From: Patescibacteria group bacterium
GTDB lineage: Bacteria > Patescibacteriota > Minisyncoccia > Phycocordibacterales > UBA12079
Reading direction: 5' to 3'
NCBI GenBank assembly: GCA_018817595.1
Contig: JAHITU010000007.1
Span: 8,775 to 72,774 of the forward strand
Length of the DNA: 64,000 nucleotides
In this document: positions 59,641 to 64,000 of the stretch, piece after piece
Layout of the letters: each line of letters opens with the position of its first letter
Numbering within the stretch: position 1 is the stretch's first letter
Made by a program: the position numbers and the translations under genes
The notes under the pieces: generated by a model
The model's database searches: none
Seen by the model: the letters and a program-made list of their open reading frames with translations, nothing else
What the model was told of the DNA's origin: nothing

Positions 59641-60592
59641 GAAAGCTTTAAAACCGAAAAGTTCAGAATTGTTTGTAGATTCTGTTAAAAGTAAAAAGGA
59701 ATGGATTATGAAAATAATTCTCTTTATTTTGGGAATTTTTATTTTGTTCTGTCTTTGGTGTGTCGGAACTGAGGCTGTGGCTGGAATAACCCAGCAAGAA
59801 ATAACCAATGACGGGGTAAACTCAGGAATGGGCGAAATCCCACAGATTTATAAAAAGGATGGAAAATTCTTTATTCATAAATCTCCAGCGGATATGGTTG
59901 TTGATGAGGCTCCAAAAGAATGGGGGATTTCGTCAGAAGATCAAGAGTCATTGGCTCTTGGTAAAAAGAGTTTTGTCTCTGTTTCTTCAAAGAAAATTGA
60001 ATTTATTTTTTGGGGAAAGTGGATCCCTGAAACCTTGACCGTTATTTACAAAAAAATAGTTAGAATTGAGGATGGAAAATTTTTTCTTTATCATCTTGAT
60101 CCTGTTATGGAACCTAAAATCCAATTTGTACTTCTAACCCTATCCTTCTTTGTCTTTAGTTGTGGTCTGGTTAATGGAAGATTTGCAGGTGTAAATAATG
60201 GTGGATTCTTATGGATTCCTCTTTTTTTATTAGGTCCTATAATTGTGTTGTTAATTATTTTCCTAATTCCATTAATTAATAAAATAATTTTAGAATTCGA
60301 AATTATTTTATTAGCAATTATTTTTTGTTTTATTTTATTATATTACTTATTCCATAAAAACAAAAAAAAAATAGTAACAACTAATGTAATTTCAATTTCA
60401 ATAATCATAATAATAATTGCAGTTTCATTTTTTTCTTGCAATTATTTACAGAATTTTTACTATTTTTTCCTTTTATATTTTCTTTCATATTTTATTTCTT
60501 TTTTCTTTACTCGAAGAAAAGAAGTAAAAGAAAAGAGGAAAGACATGAATTTTTCAAGAATAAGTGGAGTAGGGGGTTCTAAAAAAAATTAA
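59639..60592 (+). CDS. hypothetical membrane protein (paralog of 61113)
   Basis: shares MK.LK.K.S.LFVDS leader and FWGK..PE motif; C-terminal TMs. Confidence 0.75.
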   Translation: MKALKPKSSELFVDSVKSKKEWIMKIILFILGIFILFCLWCVGTEAVAGITQQEITNDGVNSGMGEIPQIYKKDGKFFIHKSPADMVVDEAPKEWGISSEDQESLALGKKSFVSVSSKKIEFIFWGKWIPETLTVIYKKIVRIEDGKFFLYHLDPVMEPKIQFVLLTLSFFVFSCGLVNGRFAGVNNGGFLWIPLFLLGPIIVLLIIFLIPLINKIILEFEIILLAIIFCFILLYYLFHKNKKKIVTTNVISISIIIIIIAVSFFSCNYLQNFYYFFLLYFLSYFISFFFTRRKEVKEKRKDMNFSRISGVGGSKKN

Positions 60593-60645
60593 TCAGTGAA
60601 TACAACCCCAACCGGTGAGCCTTGTGCCCACCGGTTGTTTTATTT

Positions 60646-61114
60646 ATTACAGCACTCCGAGCGCTGTAATCATGTCGCAAAATTACTTGGACACCCGGTG
60701 TCCAAGTGGTTTTAATTTATAGAAATTCTGATTTCGTCAAAATTAATCACAGTTCGCTAAAGGTGAACCATCTCTTTGAGCCTGTCCGTCTCAGATGTGG
60801 TGATAGCGAAACTATAACTATAGATGGTTACAAAATCAATCCAGAATCTATTCGTCTTTGAGAGGTGAATGGATTTTTGGTTTTTGTAAAAACCAAAAAT
60901 CCATTCAACGAGGCAAGTCAGAAAATAATTTAAACTATTCCAATTGATTGGAATAGTTAAAAAATGTCACAAAATTACTTGGACACCCGGTGTCCAATGA
61001 TTCTAATTTTTAGAAATTTAATATTTCTTGCTAATTCCATAAATTTAATGTATAAAATCAACAGAAGTTTGGATGAAAATTGAATAAATAATTTATAAAA
61101 AGGGGATTGAAGAT
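60646..61114 (+). repeat. upstream module, copy 2 (53 bp longer)
   Basis: extra segment at ~60849-60901. Confidence 0.9.
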
Positions 61115-61877
61115 GAAAACTTTAAAGTTTAAGGGCTCGGATTTGTTCGTGGATTCCATGAGAAACAACAAAAAAGTTTTGATAAAAACCTTTTTGATCA
61201 TACTGGGCTTGTTTATTTTATTTTGTATTTGTTGTGCTATTTGTGAAGCAAATGAGCAAGTATCGAATTTAAATCAGCAGGGGATTTTCTCTTCTGAAAT
61301 CTCTGAGGTTAAAAATGTTTTTAAAACAAGGACGGGGTGGGTAGTGTATAATGATTACCCTGACCAGGTTTTCATAGACCCTTTGGCCGATTGGGATTAT
61401 ATGAGAATTGATCCTAATTATCATAAAGAATTAAAAAAGGTAATCTTAGGCCAAGAAAGTTGTTATTCTGCCACTAAATTAAAAAGATATGTTGTTTTCT
61501 GGGGAAAATTAGTTCCGGAAGTGAGGAGTAAAACCATTTATCGAAAAATTTTTGTAAGGGATGGACAATGGGGTATTGTTGAATCTAATCCTTTTCACAG
61601 TAATGAAACCAATGCTTTCTTTTTATTGGTTCCTTTATTTGTGATTTTATTGGGAATTGTAACATGGATTTTTTTTAAGGATGACAGTCGAATAGGATTA
61701 TCGTTTTTTATATTGATAATTTCAGCTATGTCATATATTTTTAGTTTAGATTATTGGATGAACAGTTTATATTTTTTAATTTTTATTTCTTTGGGATTTT
61801 TCTTAGGCCTTCTGAACGAAAAGAAAAATAAAAAACCTTATTCAAAAACAGGCTCAACTCAAAGTGCTGAGTTGTAG
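61113..61877 (+). CDS. hypothetical membrane protein (paralog of 59639)
   Basis: MKTLKFKGSDLFVDS, FWGKLVPE; ATG at 61113 aligns with the paralog start. Confidence 0.75.
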   Translation: MKTLKFKGSDLFVDSMRNNKKVLIKTFLIILGLFILFCICCAICEANEQVSNLNQQGIFSSEISEVKNVFKTRTGWVVYNDYPDQVFIDPLADWDYMRIDPNYHKELKKVILGQESCYSATKLKRYVVFWGKLVPEVRSKTIYRKIFVRDGQWGIVESNPFHSNETNAFFLLVPLFVILLGIVTWIFFKDDSRIGLSFFILIISAMSYIFSLDYWMNSLYFLIFISLGFFLGLLNEKKNKKPYSKTGSTQSAEL

Positions 61878-62046
61878 TTGAAAACACAAACCCCAACCGG
61901 TGAGCCTTGTGCCCACCGGTTGTTTTATTTATTACAGCACTCCGAGCGCTGTAATCATGTCGCAAAATCACTTGGGAATCCAATTTCCAAGTGGATTTAT
62001 TTTTGTAAAAATTACCTAATCTATTATTTTTTGATATAATATTTCC

Positions 62047-63084
62047 ATGGATAAAAATAACTTAGTTTTATATAGAAAATACCGTCCTTCAAAATTCTCT
62101 GAGGTTTTAGGACAAGATCATATTGTGGATACATTACAAAAAGCTATTTCCTTAGGGAATATTGCCCACGCTTATTTGTTTTCTGGTACTCGAGGAACTG
62201 GCAAAACTTCTATTGCTAGACTTTTGGCTCAAGAAATAAAATGCTCAGCCAACGATTTAAATGAAATTGATGCTGCTTCCAATCGTGGAATTGATGATAT
62301 TCGGGAACTGCGAGAAGCTGTGACAGTTTTGCCTTTTGAATCTCCCTACAAAGTTTATATTATCGACGAAGTTCATATGCTTACCAAAGAGGCTTTCAAT
62401 GCTCTTTTGAAAACATTAGAAGAACCACCTAAACATGTTGTTTTTGTTTTGGCGACAACTGAGTTAGAGAAAATCCCTGATACAATTATGTCCCGTTGCC
62501 AGACCTTTAATTTTAAAAAACCTTCTCTAGAAATTCTTAAAAAAGCCATCCTAGATATTTGTAAAAAGGAAAAACTTGAATTAGAAAATGGAGCCGAGGA
62601 TTTGATTGCTTTACTAGGTGATGGTTCTTTTAGAGATACTTTAGGAATTTTACAAAAAGTAATTTCAGCTTCTAAGGATTCAAAAATATCTACCAAAGAA
62701 GTAGAAAAAATTACAGGAGCTCCAAAAGGGGAGTTGGTAAATGATTTTATTTCAGCTATTTCAGAAAAGGATTTAGATAGGGGATTAAAGGCTGTGCAAC
62801 AAGCCAGTGAAGACTCTATTGATGCCCAATTGTTCTTAAAATTGATTTTACACAAGCTTAGAGCGATTCTGTTGGTAAGATTTGCCAAAGATATGTTAAA
62901 GACTGTAAGGGATGATTTTTCAGAAATAGATTTTGAATTTATACAGGAATTAGCCAATCGTAATGATTCAAACCTAAACTCTAAAACACTGGTTTCACTA
63001 ATTGAATCCTCTTCTTTAATTAAACAATCTTATATTTCTCAATTACCATTAGAATTGGCATTGATGGAATTGATTGAAAATTAA
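62047..63084 (+). CDS. dnaX: DNA polymerase III gamma/tau subunit (short)
   Basis: LYRKYRP, GTRGTGKTS, EIDAASNRG, DEVHML, SRC. Confidence 0.95.
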   Translation: MDKNNLVLYRKYRPSKFSEVLGQDHIVDTLQKAISLGNIAHAYLFSGTRGTGKTSIARLLAQEIKCSANDLNEIDAASNRGIDDIRELREAVTVLPFESPYKVYIIDEVHMLTKEAFNALLKTLEEPPKHVVFVLATTELEKIPDTIMSRCQTFNFKKPSLEILKKAILDICKKEKLELENGAEDLIALLGDGSFRDTLGILQKVISASKDSKISTKEVEKITGAPKGELVNDFISAISEKDLDRGLKAVQQASEDSIDAQLFLKLILHKLRAILLVRFAKDMLKTVRDDFSEIDFEFIQELANRNDSNLNSKTLVSLIESSSLIKQSYISQLPLELALMELIEN

Positions 63085-63136
63085 TTTAGTTGAAAAAAAA
63101 CTAAAAAAAGGTAGAATGTATGTCAACGCATTAATT

Positions 63137-63207
63137 TGCCGGATCGTCTAATGGTAGGACACTGGTTTTTGGTACCAGCGATCGGGGTTCGAGTCCCTGT
63201 CCGGCAA
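63137..63207 (+). tRNA. tRNA-Gln(TTG)
   Basis: TGCCGGA...CTGGT TT-TTG-GT ACCAG...CGGGG TTCGAGT CCCTG TCCGGCA A. Confidence 0.93.
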
Positions 63208-63258
63208 CTATAAAAATAAAGACACTAGAATGAATATTCTAGTGTCTTTATTTTTATT

Positions 63259-63409
63259 TGTCCGGCAGGGGCTCGAAAGACGAAGGCTGCGAAGCCAGTT
63301 TTTCGAAGAAAAACTGTAGCCGAGTCGGGGTCGCGAGTACTTATTATTTTTGAGTGCGAAGCACGAAAAAAATAATTAGTAACTCGTGACCGAGTCCCTG
63401 TCCGGCAAC
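63259..63409 (+). repeat. tRNA-3'-associated structured element (Gln copy 1)
   Basis: tgtccggcaggggctcgaa...core...cgagtccctgtccggcaac. Confidence 0.87.
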
Positions 63410-63458
63410 ATATAAAATATAGACCCTAAAGCACTAGCTTTAGGGTCTATATTTTATT

Positions 63459-63611
63459 TGTCGGACAGGGACTTGAAACGAGCGAAATATATTTTTCTGA
63501 AGCGTTAGCGGAAGAAAAATTTGAGTGAGCAGGGTCGCGAGTTCTTAATAGAATTGAGTCCGTAGGACGAAAATTATATTTAGAACTGGAGACCGAGTCC
63601 CTGTAAAACAA
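63459..63611 (+). repeat. tRNA-3'-associated structured element (Gln copy 2, more diverged)
   Basis: tgtcggacagggacttgaa...agggtcgcgagttct...agaactggagaccgagtccctgt. Confidence 0.8.
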
Positions 63612-63846
63612 CATGATTAAATAACCCTAAAGCACTAGCTTTAGGGTCTATATTTAATATCCATCTACTATCACAGGTTCGAACCTGTGTGATGTTTAAT
63701 ATGGTTGGGTAGGGAATAGGTTTTGAAAACTAGTTAGTTAAAGAGAAATTATTGCATTAAATTTTAAAATGCGTTGCTATTTTTTTAGTAAGAGTGTATT
63801 TTATTAATAGATAGTTCGTTCAAATAAATCACTTAAGAGGTGTCCT

Positions 63847-64000
63847 ATGTTAAAAAATAAAGTTTTGTGTCGTTGGGAACCTTCTTTGAAAAAAATTCTT
63901 TTTTCATTTAATGGTTCTCTTAGAGCAATAGAAATGAGCGATATTATAGAATCTGGTTTAGAAAACTTTTTTTTAGTTAATAAAGATAAGCGTTTTGATA
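63847..64000 (+). CDS. hypothetical protein, truncated by window end
   Basis: agaggtg SD, open frame MLKNKVLCRWEPSLKK... to the end of the window. Confidence 0.5.
   Translation, partial: MLKNKVLCRWEPSLKKILFSFNGSLRAIEMSDIIESGLENFFLVNKDKRFD

Noticed and set aside
59224-61992. Diversity-generating retroelement or integron
   Set aside because: No reverse transcriptase or integrase, no adenine-specific mismatch pattern, and no attC-type ends recognised.
35432-62957. Antisense ORFs over groEL, murJ, dnaE, dnaX and others
   Set aside because: Shadow frames of well-supported genes.
63554-63572. tgagtccgtaggacgaaa resembles hammerhead ribozyme stem II and core
   Set aside because: The essential CUGA and cleavage-site arm are missing; TGAG-stem-CGAA is a generic cap in all copies of the element and in other repeats here.
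1-64000. Alternative genetic code (UGA = Gly/Trp)
   Set aside because: Conserved genes are full length under code 11, and TGA ends ftsQ at its expected C-terminus.

Overview
AT-rich bacterial chromosome segment (standard genetic code). The gene content and style (short hinge-less SMC, NusB-NUDIX fusion, short dnaX, housekeeping genes without Shine-Dalgarno motifs) suggest Patescibacteria/CPR, probably Parcubacteria; this is an inference. Core genes: smc, rnr, mraZ-rsmH-ftsL-ftsI, murF, dprA, serS, ftsQ-like, dus, ftsW-murG-gltX-M23 peptidase, grx, yqeY, P-type ATPase, rmuC, groES/EL, scpAB, DD-carboxypeptidase, mraY, murJ, dnaE, rpmF, nusB, rnc and dnaX. There are four tRNAs (Arg-CCT, Phe-GAA, Glu-CTC, Gln-TTG) and an RNase P RNA. 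No CRISPR array, integrase, transposase or reverse transcriptase was recognised. The unusual biology is mostly non-coding. (1) Every tRNA is followed by the same ~150-nt structured element, whose ends are an antisense copy and a sense copy of that tRNA's own 3' end; three tRNAs are also preceded by interrupted copies of their 5' end. (2) The RNase P RNA is inflated to ~820 nt by three hairpin insertions. (3) Several families of small palindromic elements nest inside one another and sit in-frame in proteins. (4) Two paralogous wHTH genes are each bracketed by their own variant of a 28-bp palindrome. (5) About a dozen orphan single-gene units carry strong SD motifs, unlike the core genes. (6) A DUF3800 gene has a convergent structured RNA, and a candidate secreted permuted-papain enzyme sits in the same island. 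All calls were made by eye without database searches.
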